A stretch of 64,000 nt of DNA. It comes from an uncultured delta proteobacterium (GTDB lineage: Bacteria > Desulfobacterota > Binatia > Bin18). The notes under the pieces are model-generated. The model was not told the DNA's origin. It did no database searches and saw only the letters and a program-made list of their open reading frames with translations. Position 1 is the stretch's first letter. Each line of letters starts with the position of its first letter. The position numbers and the translations under genes were made by a program. Location: assembly GCA_963733195.1 (NCBI GenBank), contig CAVTCR010000022.1, positions 1 to 64,000 of the forward strand, written 5' to 3'. This document shows positions 11,943 to 21,957 of the stretch, in pieces.

Positions 11943-12902
11943 ATGGCTGCAAAAACATTCACCGAACTACTAAAAGATAGCCCGAAAAATTGGGGTCGCT
12001 GGGGTGCTGATGACGAAGTTGGTGCGCTGAACTTTCTCACCAGTGCTGAGGTCCTCCGTGGAGTGAAGGCCGTACAACAAGGAAAAGTGTTTATGCTCGG
12101 GGTGCCGGTGGCTCGACCTGGTGGTGATCCGATTTACCCCGGTCGTGGGCAGACGACTCGGACGATGGCGATGGATAAAGGGCACTACATGAACGGCCAT
12201 GCCCACGCGTTTCCCGGCGGAATGGAGTACGCCGACGATGTGATCTTCATGTATCTACAAGGAACCACGCAGTATGATGCCCTCGGTCACGTGTGGTACG
12301 ACGATCAGCTGTATAACGGCTATGACGCGAAGACCACGATCGGCGCGTTGCGCAAATGCAGTGTTGAGAAGATCGCCAACCGTGGGGTCGTGGGGCGCGG
12401 CATCCTCCTTGATGTCGCGCGCTACAAAGGGGTGAAGCATCTGCAGGCGAATGAAGGGATCACGGTTGATGATCTACTGAAGACGGCGGAGATGCAAAAG
12501 TCACCAATTGAGAAGCACGACATCTTGCTGATTCATACCGGCTGGCTGAAGCGGTTCTACGACGAGGGCTCGGATGCCTTCTTTCCCAACAAATCAATGA
12601 GCGAGCCGGGGCTTAGCTATAGTCCAGAGTTGGTCAAGTGGTTCCATGAAATGGAGATCCCCTCGTTCGGGACTGACACTGTGGGGTCGGAGCAGACGAT
12701 GCACCCGGAGTCGAAGACGATGATTCCCCTCCATGCTGCATTGCTGCGCAACCTGGGAGTGGTGTTCAACGAAATTGACTGGTTCTATGATCTTGCTGAA
12801 GATTGTGCCAAAGATGGTCAGTATACGTTCATGTTCGTAGGCGCACCCCTCAAAGTTGTCGGCGGAGCCGGTTCGCCAGTCAACCCGACGGCAATTAAGT
12901 AA
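11943..12902 (+). CDS. Cyclase family protein (kynurenine formamidase/KynB-like metal-dependent hydrolase)
   Basis: NWGRWGADDEVGALN, TQYDALGH, GRGILLDV and GGAGSPVNPTAI; RBS aggagg before ATG 11943. Confidence 0.88.
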   Translation: MAAKTFTELLKDSPKNWGRWGADDEVGALNFLTSAEVLRGVKAVQQGKVFMLGVPVARPGGDPIYPGRGQTTRTMAMDKGHYMNGHAHAFPGGMEYADDVIFMYLQGTTQYDALGHVWYDDQLYNGYDAKTTIGALRKCSVEKIANRGVVGRGILLDVARYKGVKHLQANEGITVDDLLKTAEMQKSPIEKHDILLIHTGWLKRFYDEGSDAFFPNKSMSEPGLSYSPELVKWFHEMEIPSFGTDTVGSEQTMHPESKTMIPLHAALLRNLGVVFNEIDWFYDLAEDCAKDGQYTFMFVGAPLKVVGGAGSPVNPTAIK

Positions 12903-12924
12903 CATTCTGTAGTGGAGAGGTATC

Positions 12925-14130
12925 ATGGCAGAACAACTGCTTACCGGACTGAAAGTTGTCGAATGCGGCAACATGGTGTCTGCTTCCTATCTCGGCAAGC
13001 TTTTAGCTGATTTAGGAGCAGAGGTGATTAAAGTAGAAGAGCCGGGTGGGGATCTGGCGCGCAAACGTGGACCATTCCCCGGCGATACACCGCATACAGA
13101 AAAGAGTGGCCTCTTCCTCTATCTCAATGCGAACAAACACGGCGTGACTCTTAATCTCCGCACGCCACGAGGACACGCACTTTTGCAGAGCCTGTGTGCA
13201 AAAGCGGATATGGTAATTCACAACTACCAGCCGTCAGAAATGAAGGAGATGGGATTGGAGTTTGATAAACTCCATTACGCTAATCCCGGTCTCATCATGA
13301 CGACGATCTCGTATTTTGGTTTGACTGGCCCGTACAAAGACTACAACGCCTACGAGATTACTGGTACCAACGCAGGCGGCTGGGCGTTCATCAGTCCAGG
13401 CGCTTCGGATTATCCCGAACTGCCGCCGCTCAAGGCCTTTGGCCATCAGGCAGATTTTCAGGGCGGGGTTCATGCGGCGGTGGCGACGCTGGGTGCCTAT
13501 TATCACAAACTGCTTACTGGCGAAGGGCAGCATGTTGATGTCTCCATTCAAGAATGCCTTGCTGCCATCTTGGAAATGAACTTTATGCACTGGACCTACG
13601 CGGGGAAGGAAACCTCTCGTTTAGGCCGTCGCTCGATCTACCCGTGGTGTATGCTGGATTGCAAAGATGGCAAGATCTTCCTCATCAACGTGGAAGAAGA
13701 CCAGTGGCAACGTCTGGTTGAATTGATGGATAATCCTGAATGGGCATCTCTCGAGATCTTCAAAGATCGGGTAACGCGCGGTCAGAACTACGATGCGCTC
13801 TATCCGTTCTTGCAAGAATGGGCAGCAGAACAGACGGTGAACGAACTCTATCGTACTGGGCAGGAGCAACGTATCTGCTTTGCGCCGGTCAATACGATGG
13901 CCGACCTTTTTGCCTCGGAACACCTGAAGGCGCGCGAGTTTTTCGTGCAAATCAGTCATCAAGTTGCAGGAACACTGACCTATCCGGGTGCTCCGTTCAA
14001 ACCGTCTGAAGGTGGTCATGCGATTCATCGTCCCGCTCCGTTACTCGGACAACATAACAACGAGGTGTACACGAAGATCGGTTTGTCACAATCTGAGATT
14101 GATGAGCTGAAGAAACAGGGAATCATATAG
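12925..14130 (+). CDS. CaiB/BaiF CoA-transferase (BbsE-like partner subunit)
   Basis: LLADLGAEVIKVEEPGGD, FLYLNANK, FGLTGPY and APLLGQHN. Confidence 0.9.
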   Translation: MAEQLLTGLKVVECGNMVSASYLGKLLADLGAEVIKVEEPGGDLARKRGPFPGDTPHTEKSGLFLYLNANKHGVTLNLRTPRGHALLQSLCAKADMVIHNYQPSEMKEMGLEFDKLHYANPGLIMTTISYFGLTGPYKDYNAYEITGTNAGGWAFISPGASDYPELPPLKAFGHQADFQGGVHAAVATLGAYYHKLLTGEGQHVDVSIQECLAAILEMNFMHWTYAGKETSRLGRRSIYPWCMLDCKDGKIFLINVEEDQWQRLVELMDNPEWASLEIFKDRVTRGQNYDALYPFLQEWAAEQTVNELYRTGQEQRICFAPVNTMADLFASEHLKAREFFVQISHQVAGTLTYPGAPFKPSEGGHAIHRPAPLLGQHNNEVYTKIGLSQSEIDELKKQGII

Positions 14131-14240
14131 ATGAGTGAAAAATTAAGAGTGAAGAGTGAAAAATTGAAGACACTTGGGAGTACGTCTTTTCTTTTCTTAG
14201 CTCTTAATTCTTAATTTTTAACTCTTAACTCTTCATTGAG
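14131..14240. repeat. Inverted heptamer-repeat intergenic element
   Basis: Purine-rich 7-mers (tgaagag, tgaaaaa, ttaagag) followed by their complements (ctcttaa, ttcttaa, ctcttca). Confidence 0.75.
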
Positions 14241-14249
14241 AGGATTATT

Positions 14250-15467
14250 ATGCCACGCCGACCATTAGAAGGAATTCGCGTTACTGACTTGACCTGGGCA
14301 TGGGCAGGACCGTACTGCACGCTGCAGATGGCGCACATGGGTGCAGAAGTGATCCGTATCGAAAGCCAGAAACGCCCGTGCGTGAGTCGCCTGATTCCGT
14401 CTTTTGCCGATGATGTTCCTGGCCCGAACCGTGCAGGCTATTTCAATCAGTACAGCCAAGGCAAAAAAAGCTTGCAACTTGATCTCGCCAAGACGGAAGC
14501 AATTGAGATTACCAAGAACTTGATCAAGAAGAGTGACATTATCGTGCAGAACTTCTCTGCGGGAGCGATCGACCGCATGGGGCTTGGGTACGAAGCGCTC
14601 AAGAAGATAAAGCCTGATATCATCATGATCTCTATTTGTGGGTACGGACAAACCGGACCTGAACGTCAATATATGGGTTACGGCCCAGCGTCGGTGCCGC
14701 TGTCAGGAATCTCGTCACTCTCGGGGTATCGAGATGTCGGCCCGGCAGAAGTGGGTATTTCGTACGGTGACCCTAATGCTGGGGTCTTCGGTTCGTTTGC
14801 TGCGCTTGCAGCTCTCGCGTATCGCCAACGCACGGGTAAAGGCGTCCATGTCGATCTCGCATTATGGGAAGCTCTCCTCGTTCTACAACCAGAAGGGCTC
14901 ATGGACTACGCGATGAACAAAAGTCAGCCTGAGCGTGATGGCAATCGTGACCGTTGGATGTCCCCCCACGGTTGCTTCAAAGCGAAAGGTGATGATGACA
15001 AATGGGTGACGATTACCTGTGGAACCGAATCAGAATGGCAAACGTTCTGCAAAGCAATCGGCAAACCTGAACTGGCTACTGACAAACGTTTTGCCGACGT
15101 CACTGCACGCAAAGCCAACGAGGACGCGCTGGAAGAGATCATCTCAGCGTGGACAAAAGAGCGGGATCGGTGGGAAATCACCGAAGCGCTACAAAAAGTC
15201 GGCGTCGCTGCCTTCCCCTCGATGAGCAACAAAGATTTGGCGACGAATCCGCACTTGCAATCCCGTGGCTACCTCGTGCAGAAAGAGCACCCAGAGGTAG
15301 GGAAACGTATTCACGCCGGGATTCCCTGGCAGATGTCCGGTACTCCTTGTGAAGTCCAAGCTGCGGCTCCGCTTCGGGGACAGCACACCGACTACGTATT
15401 ACGCGATATTCTGGGCATGTCAGAGGCAGAGGTCAGCAAGCTACGAGAAGGACAAGTGCTCTACTAG
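14250..15467 (+). CDS. CaiB/BaiF CoA-transferase (BbsF-like subunit)
   Basis: DLTWAWAGP, GAEVIRIES and GYGQTGP; catalytic Asp in SYGDPNAG. Confidence 0.9.
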   Translation: MPRRPLEGIRVTDLTWAWAGPYCTLQMAHMGAEVIRIESQKRPCVSRLIPSFADDVPGPNRAGYFNQYSQGKKSLQLDLAKTEAIEITKNLIKKSDIIVQNFSAGAIDRMGLGYEALKKIKPDIIMISICGYGQTGPERQYMGYGPASVPLSGISSLSGYRDVGPAEVGISYGDPNAGVFGSFAALAALAYRQRTGKGVHVDLALWEALLVLQPEGLMDYAMNKSQPERDGNRDRWMSPHGCFKAKGDDDKWVTITCGTESEWQTFCKAIGKPELATDKRFADVTARKANEDALEEIISAWTKERDRWEITEALQKVGVAAFPSMSNKDLATNPHLQSRGYLVQKEHPEVGKRIHAGIPWQMSGTPCEVQAAAPLRGQHTDYVLRDILGMSEAEVSKLREGQVLY

Positions 15468-15469
15468 GA

Positions 15470-15553
15470 TAGTTAAAAATGAAGAATGAAGAGTGAAGAA
15501 TGAAGGCGAAGACCGATCCTCCAACTCTTCACTCTTAACTCGTAACTCTTCAC
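15470..15553. repeat. Inverted heptamer-repeat intergenic element
   Basis: (tgaagaa/tgaagag)n ... (actcttc/actctta)n. Confidence 0.75.
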
Positions 15554-15563
15554 TGGAGTCATC

Positions 15564-16379
15564 ATGGACGTCAAAGCTGTTACCGAAATGATTGAGAATT
15601 ACATCCGTCCGGCAACGTTCCCGGTCGGCATCAAAATGCTCAAACCTGGAGAAGCGCTACCGCCCAAAACCCGCACTCCTGGTGATATAGGCTCGCGTTT
15701 CGCTACCTGCCAGACCATCAACGTCGTGCGTCGCTATGGCTGGTCGATTGGACTGTCCGCTGACCACCATTCTTGTCCTCTCGGGCTGGTTGCGTTGGGC
15801 TTCAAGCCTAATGTCGAGTATCTCCAAGAAGGGCATGCTTGTGAGGGAATGTATACCGAGACGTTAGAGGCTGGAGCGAAGACTGAAGCCGCTGTTCCCA
15901 AATTTGAACTAGGGAAATATAGCTCTCTGTTTGCGTCGCCGCTCAAAAGTCATCCTTTCGATCCACCCGATGTGATCACTGTGTTCGGGAACTCCGCACA
16001 AGTCATGCGACTCGTGCAAGCCGCACTCTACAAGAGAGGTGGGTATCTGAATTCTTCGTTCAGCGGGCGACTCGATTGCGCCGACATTGTTGTCAAAACG
16101 ATGCAAACCGACGATTGCCAAGTGATCCTGCCCTGCACTGGAGATCGCATGTTCGGGCAAACGCAGGATGAAGAAATGGCCTTCTCGATGCCAGCATCAA
16201 AAGTCGAAGAAGTGATGTCCGGACTCGAAAGCACTCACAAGGGTGGCATTCGCTATCCGGTGACAACGTTCATGAATTACACCGCGAAGTTTCCTGCCAA
16301 GTATGAGGCGGTGTGGGACATTTGGGGAGAGAAGAAACCGGGGACGAAGATAGCATGCAGAAGACGAATAAGGGGATGA
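15564..16379 (+). CDS. DUF169 family protein
   Basis: FPVGIKM, TCQ, SCPLG, GNSAQVMRL, DCAD and LPCTGDR-FG pattern typical of DUF169. Confidence 0.8.
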   Translation: MDVKAVTEMIENYIRPATFPVGIKMLKPGEALPPKTRTPGDIGSRFATCQTINVVRRYGWSIGLSADHHSCPLGLVALGFKPNVEYLQEGHACEGMYTETLEAGAKTEAAVPKFELGKYSSLFASPLKSHPFDPPDVITVFGNSAQVMRLVQAALYKRGGYLNSSFSGRLDCADIVVKTMQTDDCQVILPCTGDRMFGQTQDEEMAFSMPASKVEEVMSGLESTHKGGIRYPVTTFMNYTAKFPAKYEAVWDIWGEKKPGTKIACRRRIRG

Positions 16380-16493
16380 CTTGCGAAGCAGGGACAGTAT
16401 TGCGAGCGAGCGAAGAATTGAGAAAGAGATTGCGTTGTCACGTCTCTTCGTCATGACAGTACAGCCTGCTTCTAAATCCCTACTGAGGAGTTG

Positions 16494-17708
16494 ATGTGGC
16501 TCTTCCTGTTATTGCCTTCTCTTTATTTTTCACTCTCACGATGCATTGCTGCATTCTGTCTCCACTGATGTGCCGACTCGCCAGCGTGGATATCGACAGT
16601 TTCTGATCGCGCCATTGCCAACTACACTGACCTGCGCGAGAGTGTATGGACGCTCTCGCGTCCCCCAGCGAGCCAATACGATACCATTGCCATTCATCGC
16701 ATTGCGCGGCCTGGCGCGAGTAGTGAGCCTCACCGTCCGGTATTTTTGTTTCTCCCGTCAGCGCATATGCACGGAGAGATCGTTGTTGCTGACGAACGCT
16801 ACGATCTCCGACTATATCTTGCGAATCGTGGTGTCGAAACCTGGACGCTCGATTATCGTACGCATACCGTGCCGCACGACACCCTGCGTGATTCCCGCTT
16901 TATGCAATCGTGGACAGTAGAAACTTTTGTTGACGATGCGGCAGTGGCAGCAGATTTCGTCCGTACGACGAGCGGGCAACAGCACATCTTTGTTGGTGGC
17001 TTTGGCCGTGGGGCGACATTCGCCGCGCTTATGACAGCGCGGTTTGGACGAGGTAACGTGTTGGGATTAGTGCTACTTGATGGCTATGTCCTCGACCCGC
17101 CAGATGACGATTCGTTGTACCGCGAGCGTCCCGAGACACCCAACTGGTTTGCCGACGACCTGGAGCGACGCTATCTACCCTATGCCCGTTGGCTCAAGCA
17201 GTTGCAAGACACCATTGCTGAGCCCAATGGTCCAGATTTCTTACCGGTCCACGTCTTCAACAACCGTACTGAGGCGTTAGCTCACTTTCTGTATGTGAGT
17301 CCGATGTTCGGCCAAAAAGGTGGACTATCGAACGCGAAAGAAAGCTATGCTGATCCGCTGATTCTTGCTCGTGTCTTTCTGCAAGAAGATCGCTATTGGC
17401 CGCGCGTGCAGAACCACGGCGGTTTTGACTTCAAGCGCCATCTCGCCGGAACACAATTTGATTACCAGTCTGCTTTCACTGCGATGAGTACTCCGATCTT
17501 TGCGCTGGCGTCTGGGAATATCGACAAAGCGGGAATTCCTTGGGCGGATCGCATTGAATACACCGCCCGCGCCACGACCAGTAAAGATGTGCAATGCCAA
17601 ATGCTGGAAAACTGGGGCCATCTCGATATGTTATTTGGTACGAAATCGGCGCAGGAGGTGTTTCAACCCCTATTAGAGTGGATCAATGGACATCAGCCGA
17701 AGGGGTAA
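16494..17708 (+). CDS. Secreted alpha/beta-hydrolase-fold protein (5' frameshift; nucleophile elbow GFGRG)
   Basis: RBS gaggag plus ATG 16494 with a hydrophobic N-terminus; main frame 16746-17708 has YLANRGVETWTLDYRT and C-terminal WGHLD. Confidence 0.7.
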
Positions 17709-17933
17709 AGGTGAGGAGGCGAATTCTTGAACCCACAGTAGAACCTGTACCTTCTTTGCCTCAGATGGCACTATGACCATCGATGCCGATAGACCTGAGT
17801 CACTGTTCGAGATCTCCGTGGTTTTGCCACTGTCAGAACAGTTGAATTTTATTCCGTAGCATGTCAGGAATAGGAAGCCAGTAGAGATGAGTTTACCACC
17901 TGAAAATTGTTCATCCTCAGGAGGAAGAAATAG

Positions 17934-18425
17934 ATGAGTAGTATTAGACTGTGGTCCTTTTTCCACCTTGGGTCAGTCCTCTTTGCTTTTGCCATATGTT
18001 TATCGACGACCGTTTCCGCGCAAGCGCAAGTTCCCCCTGGTGGTATGGATGGAGCCACCTCGGATCAGTCGCGGACTCCTTTCCGTATTAAGCTCAGCGG
18101 CTTTCTCAATACCAAGCCTGAAGAAGGGAGCAAGGTGCTCAAACTTGGTATCAGCACTTTTGGTGAGACCTACCAGTTTGAACTGGTGAAGGCAGAAGCC
18201 GTAGACGATAAGCAAATTGGAGAAAAGGCAATTTTGCAGCAGGTAGGGAAGTATGCAGTGGACTTTGAAGTGGTTGGCGCACGGGATTTGCTTTCCAAAA
18301 TCGGTCAGGCCGAACCAGGTTCACCCCTAGCGATCACGGGTTTCTTTACCCAGCGCAACCGCAAGTTGCAACTTGAGAGTGTCGAAGTCATTGGCCTAAA
18401 TGACCAATCAGCTCCGATAGAGTAA
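17934..18425 (+). CDS. Hypothetical exported protein
   Basis: 163-aa ORF, RBS ggagg, signal-peptide-like N-terminus (VSA-QA). Confidence 0.7.
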   Translation: MSSIRLWSFFHLGSVLFAFAICLSTTVSAQAQVPPGGMDGATSDQSRTPFRIKLSGFLNTKPEEGSKVLKLGISTFGETYQFELVKAEAVDDKQIGEKAILQQVGKYAVDFEVVGARDLLSKIGQAEPGSPLAITGFFTQRNRKLQLESVEVIGLNDQSAPIE

Positions 18426-18436
18426 AGAGCAAAAAT

Positions 18437-19255
18437 ATGTTGCGTCTGTTGTATGCTTTGGCGCGATTCTCGTTGTTGAGCCGTCTTGAGATCTTTGCGC
18501 TCTCTCTTTGTCTTTCTCTTCTCGTTGCTGGTTGTAGCCCACGACAACCACTCCGCAAGCGTACTGCGCAAACTCGCGTTCCGACTTGCGAGGAAGCGAA
18601 TCGTCTCGCCTATCGAGCTGTCATCAGCCTAGGTTATGCGGCAGCCTCAGTACAGGTAGCGAGGCCCGGACAGCCGGGACACATTGAAGCGAAGAAGGAG
18701 AAGGCGGAAGGTGGGAGAGTCACGATCACCTGTCTGGACGACAGTAGCGCGACCGCCGAACCAGACAGGACCGGGGAGCCTGTTCGGGTCTTGGTGGGTG
18801 CGGCAGATCGTCCAGGTTCATTTCCCCACGTCTTTACCCAAACCTATAATATCTTGCTCAGCAGCAAGGAGATCGCAGATCAAGGACCAGCACAAGGGGT
18901 GTCTCTGGTGCTGACCCGCCTCGGCAGTTTTGAGTCACAGATTGAACTGGGAGCAGATTTCCCGAAGAGCGGCATCCTCCCGATCAAAGCAATCATCAAC
19001 AATAATTCTCCGCGCCCGTATGGGTTGACCGCAGAGAAAATAGTGCTCTCTTCTGCGGGTGGCGGCCAAGTCGCACCCATGGCTCCACCGGCGACAGGTC
19101 AAGGCAAAGCGCTGCAAGGTGAAATCACGCTGCAAGCTGGGCAGAGCATGACGGGATACTTGTTCTATCCGGCAGGTCAGTATACCTCGGCGCGGACGAC
19201 TCTCATCGATAAGGAGAACGATGAGGAAGAAGGCTTCTCAGTGCAGTTCGAGTGA
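18437..19255 (+). CDS. Hypothetical lipoprotein
   Basis: 272-aa ORF with lipobox-like LVAG-C; 11 bp after the previous gene. Confidence 0.7.
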   Translation: MLRLLYALARFSLLSRLEIFALSLCLSLLVAGCSPRQPLRKRTAQTRVPTCEEANRLAYRAVISLGYAAASVQVARPGQPGHIEAKKEKAEGGRVTITCLDDSSATAEPDRTGEPVRVLVGAADRPGSFPHVFTQTYNILLSSKEIADQGPAQGVSLVLTRLGSFESQIELGADFPKSGILPIKAIINNNSPRPYGLTAEKIVLSSAGGGQVAPMAPPATGQGKALQGEITLQAGQSMTGYLFYPAGQYTSARTTLIDKENDEEEGFSVQFE

Positions 19256-19257
19256 AC

Positions 19258-19291
19258 ATCGATCCGTCGCACTGTGAGGCGACGGATCGAT
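19258..19291. terminator. Hairpin between convergent genes
   Basis: atcgatccgtcgc-N8-gcgacggatcgat, a perfect 13-bp stem. Confidence 0.7.
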
Positions 19292-19738
19292 TCACAACTT
19301 GCTATAATCAGCCGCCAGCCAGTGTTGGGGACGAATGCGGATGAGGACATCTCCCTCAGCAACTCCGCTTCCATATACTCGCTTAATATATTGATCGCCT
19401 CCTTCACGGCCGTAGTAGCGCTGTGCTAAGGGGCGGATATCGCGTTCAACATTGGCGGGATCAATGCCCACTACTATGCCCTCGACACTGACATACTTGT
19501 AAGGCATCTGCTCTTCCTGTACGCACAAACTGACCTTGCTACCGAGAGTCAACAGTTTACCTTTCTGTGAAGCACCGCCAGTGACAAAGCAAATTTCCTT
19601 GCCCGGCTCGTAGGCGTACCAAATCGGAACCGTCAGCGGTGCACGACCTACCTGAGCAAGACTAAGAACTCCGACGTGTACCCCGGCGAGGAAGTTCTCT
19701 TTTTCCTGTTGGGTCATTGCAATAGACATATCTTTCAC
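19292..19738 (-). CDS. Pyridoxamine 5'-phosphate oxidase-like (PPOX/FDOR, possibly F420-dependent) protein
   Basis: PLTVPIWY, KVSLCVQ, PYKYVSVEG and IRIRP motifs. Confidence 0.82.
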   Translation of the reverse strand: MKDMSIAMTQQEKENFLAGVHVGVLSLAQVGRAPLTVPIWYAYEPGKEICFVTGGASQKGKLLTLGSKVSLCVQEEQMPYKYVSVEGIVVGIDPANVERDIRPLAQRYYGREGGDQYIKRVYGSGVAEGDVLIRIRPQHWLAADYSKL

Positions 19739-20343
19739 CCCGCCCAGGTAAACGGAGCAAAATGGCCGTTGGTGCCACTCGTGCTCCAGGAGAGGTTATG
19801 GTCGTTGTAGCTGTAGGCACGCGAGGCCGCGAGTGCGAGTTTTGGTGACACCGGGTGCGCTGCGTTGGTGGCCCACAACGGCTCTTTGCCATCACGTCCG
19901 GTGACTGCTGAAATATCGATTTCGAGAATGTTGGGAATACTGAGCTTGCGATCGTTGCCATTGACCTGAAACGAGATCGGGGTCGCTTTCACACCAAGAA
20001 ACTTGCTCACCAGGCCGGTAAAAATCGCTCCCGGTGTTCCGCCAGCTTTACCGGCAAAGATGTTTCCCAACGCGTCCTGTTGCTCCTTCGTGCCTTTTTC
20101 GTCAACATACACAGCTGCGGTCCAGTTCCCATTGCGCATTTTGCCAGGACCGGGGAAGGAGACGACGAGAACGGCATTGAGGTCATCCAGTTTTGTCTGA
20201 CCATAGGTGCCATTGGCAACGTGGAACGCCAAGGCTGCGTCGCAACGGTCACGCGGTGTGTCAGCTTGTACGAGGCAAGCGCAAATCAAGTCACAGTTGC
20301 AGGACTCGAAATACTCACCAGCGATACTCCATTTTTCTGCCAT
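19735..20343 (-). CDS. DUF1326 family protein
   Basis: W-I-GEYFESCNCDLICAC and YVDE...QQDAL..IF.GKAGG. Confidence 0.85.
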   Translation of the reverse strand: MAEKWSIAGEYFESCNCDLICACLVQADTPRDRCDAALAFHVANGTYGQTKLDDLNAVLVVSFPGPGKMRNGNWTAAVYVDEKGTKEQQDALGNIFAGKAGGTPGAIFTGLVSKFLGVKATPISFQVNGNDRKLSIPNILEIDISAVTGRDGKEPLWATNAAHPVSPKLALAASRAYSYNDHNLSWSTSGTNGHFAPFTWAG

Positions 20344-20400
20344 AAGGGTCTCCTTAGTGACGACTTTGTCATTCGGTCTAACACCGGGCTTCTCCGCACG

Positions 20401-21420
20401 TCAATCTGCCGCTGCCTGTGCAGGAGAGAGCGACGTCCCCAATTCAAGCTGCTCTACTTCAAAGCCTGCGTCTTCGACCAGTTTACGGGCTTCTTGGGCC
20501 TGCTGCCCAGGAGTAGTGAGATACCCTTCGACGAAAATCGAATTGGCAGGATAGAGAGCTAACCCACCCCAACCGCCGAGATACAATTCCCTGCCTGCGG
20601 ACATCCGTACTTCACTGCGAGGATTGAGAAAACGCATTAGACATAAGGTTTTCAGTCCCTTTGTGGGTGCGAAATCTCGTTTTTGCCCTAAGGGTGTCCC
20701 TGCGATCGGATACAAGAAGTTGACAGGGATCGAATCAATCTCTAGTGCTCGCGTCGCATAGGCCAAGTCAAGAATGTCGTCGTCAGTCTCACCCATGCCG
20801 ATGATGCCACCAGAACAAGTTGAAAGTCCGGCGCGTTTCACATTCTGTACAGTTTCGACACGATCGTCATAGGTATGGGTCGAACAGATTTCCGGGTAGA
20901 ACCGCCGGCTCGTATTCAGATTGTGATTGATCCACCCAACCCCTGCCTCTTTGAGCGTACGAGCTTGTGGTTCGTCCATCAGACCCAACGAAAGGCAAAT
21001 TTCAAGGTTAGGAAATTCCGCTTTGATGGTACGCACCGCGTTACTCAAGTGTGAGATATCACGTTCACTCGGGCCACGACCACTGGTGACCATGCAGTAA
21101 CGACGCGCGCCAGCGGCGACCGCTTTCCGTGCACCAGCGACGAGTTGTTCTGTAGGTAAGAGTCGATATTTTTTAATCGGCGCATCGGATGTGGTGGCTT
21201 GCGAGCAGTAATTGCAATCTTCAGGACATAAGCCACTGCGGGCATTCTGTAACAAACTGATCTTCACTCTGCGGCCAAAAAACTGCTCACGAACCGAAAA
21301 CGCTGCGAGCAGCAGCTCGCGCAGTTGTTCGTCATTGCTTTGCAGAACACTCAGTGCCTCGTCTCGGGATAGTGCTGTCCCAGCGAGGGATTTTTCTACA
21401 AATTGGGCAAATATACTCAT
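20401..21420 (-). CDS. bioB: Biotin synthase
   Basis: CPEDCNYCSQ radical SAM motif; NHNLNTS, THTYDDR, CSGGIIGMGE and ANSIF. Confidence 0.96.
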   Translation of the reverse strand: MSIFAQFVEKSLAGTALSRDEALSVLQSNDEQLRELLLAAFSVREQFFGRRVKISLLQNARSGLCPEDCNYCSQATTSDAPIKKYRLLPTEQLVAGARKAVAAGARRYCMVTSGRGPSERDISHLSNAVRTIKAEFPNLEICLSLGLMDEPQARTLKEAGVGWINHNLNTSRRFYPEICSTHTYDDRVETVQNVKRAGLSTCSGGIIGMGETDDDILDLAYATRALEIDSIPVNFLYPIAGTPLGQKRDFAPTKGLKTLCLMRFLNPRSEVRMSAGRELYLGGWGGLALYPANSIFVEGYLTTPGQQAQEARKLVEDAGFEVEQLELGTSLSPAQAAAD

Positions 21421-21464
21421 GAATAGTCTCCTTGGTTTCTCTCCAGGCTTGAAAGTACTGGCGT

Positions 21465-21945
21465 CTAACGTAGCAACGGGGCAAGATCAACTGCCGTACT
21501 GAAGAGCCCTCCTAAGTGCTCTCGATCGTGGTCGATATCGCCACTGAGTAAAGTAAATGGAACGACGCCGAGACATGAGACATCAGTTAACTGGCGGAGC
21601 GTCTGTGCATTGGTCTGTGTCGCTTCATCTTCTGAATGTGATGGATGATTAACAATATACCCGAGAAGAGGCAGTCCGTGACTTTGTGCATAGTGGAGCG
21701 TAAGGAGCGTGTGATTCAACGCTCCTAATTTTGAGCCAACTACCACAAGCACTGGTAGTGAGAGATCTTGTGCAAGATCGGCAAAGGTGTAACGTCCTAC
21801 GAGCGGGACCAGTAACCCGACACTGCTACCTTCGAGCAAATGTCTACATCATGTTGTGCGGCAATCTGAGCAATAGACTGTCCCGATATAGGTCGGGATC
21901 GGATTGTCACCCTTCTTGAGCTGCAGCTACACTGGGTGCGAGAAT
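21465..21945 (-). pseudogene. bioD: Dethiobiotin synthase, C-terminal part only
   Basis: EG...GLLVPL and KLGALNHTLLT; degenerate LAPSVAAAQEG upstream. The N-terminal P-loop (GTDTxVGKT) is missing. Confidence 0.85.
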
Positions 21946-21957
21946 GGACGGAACATT

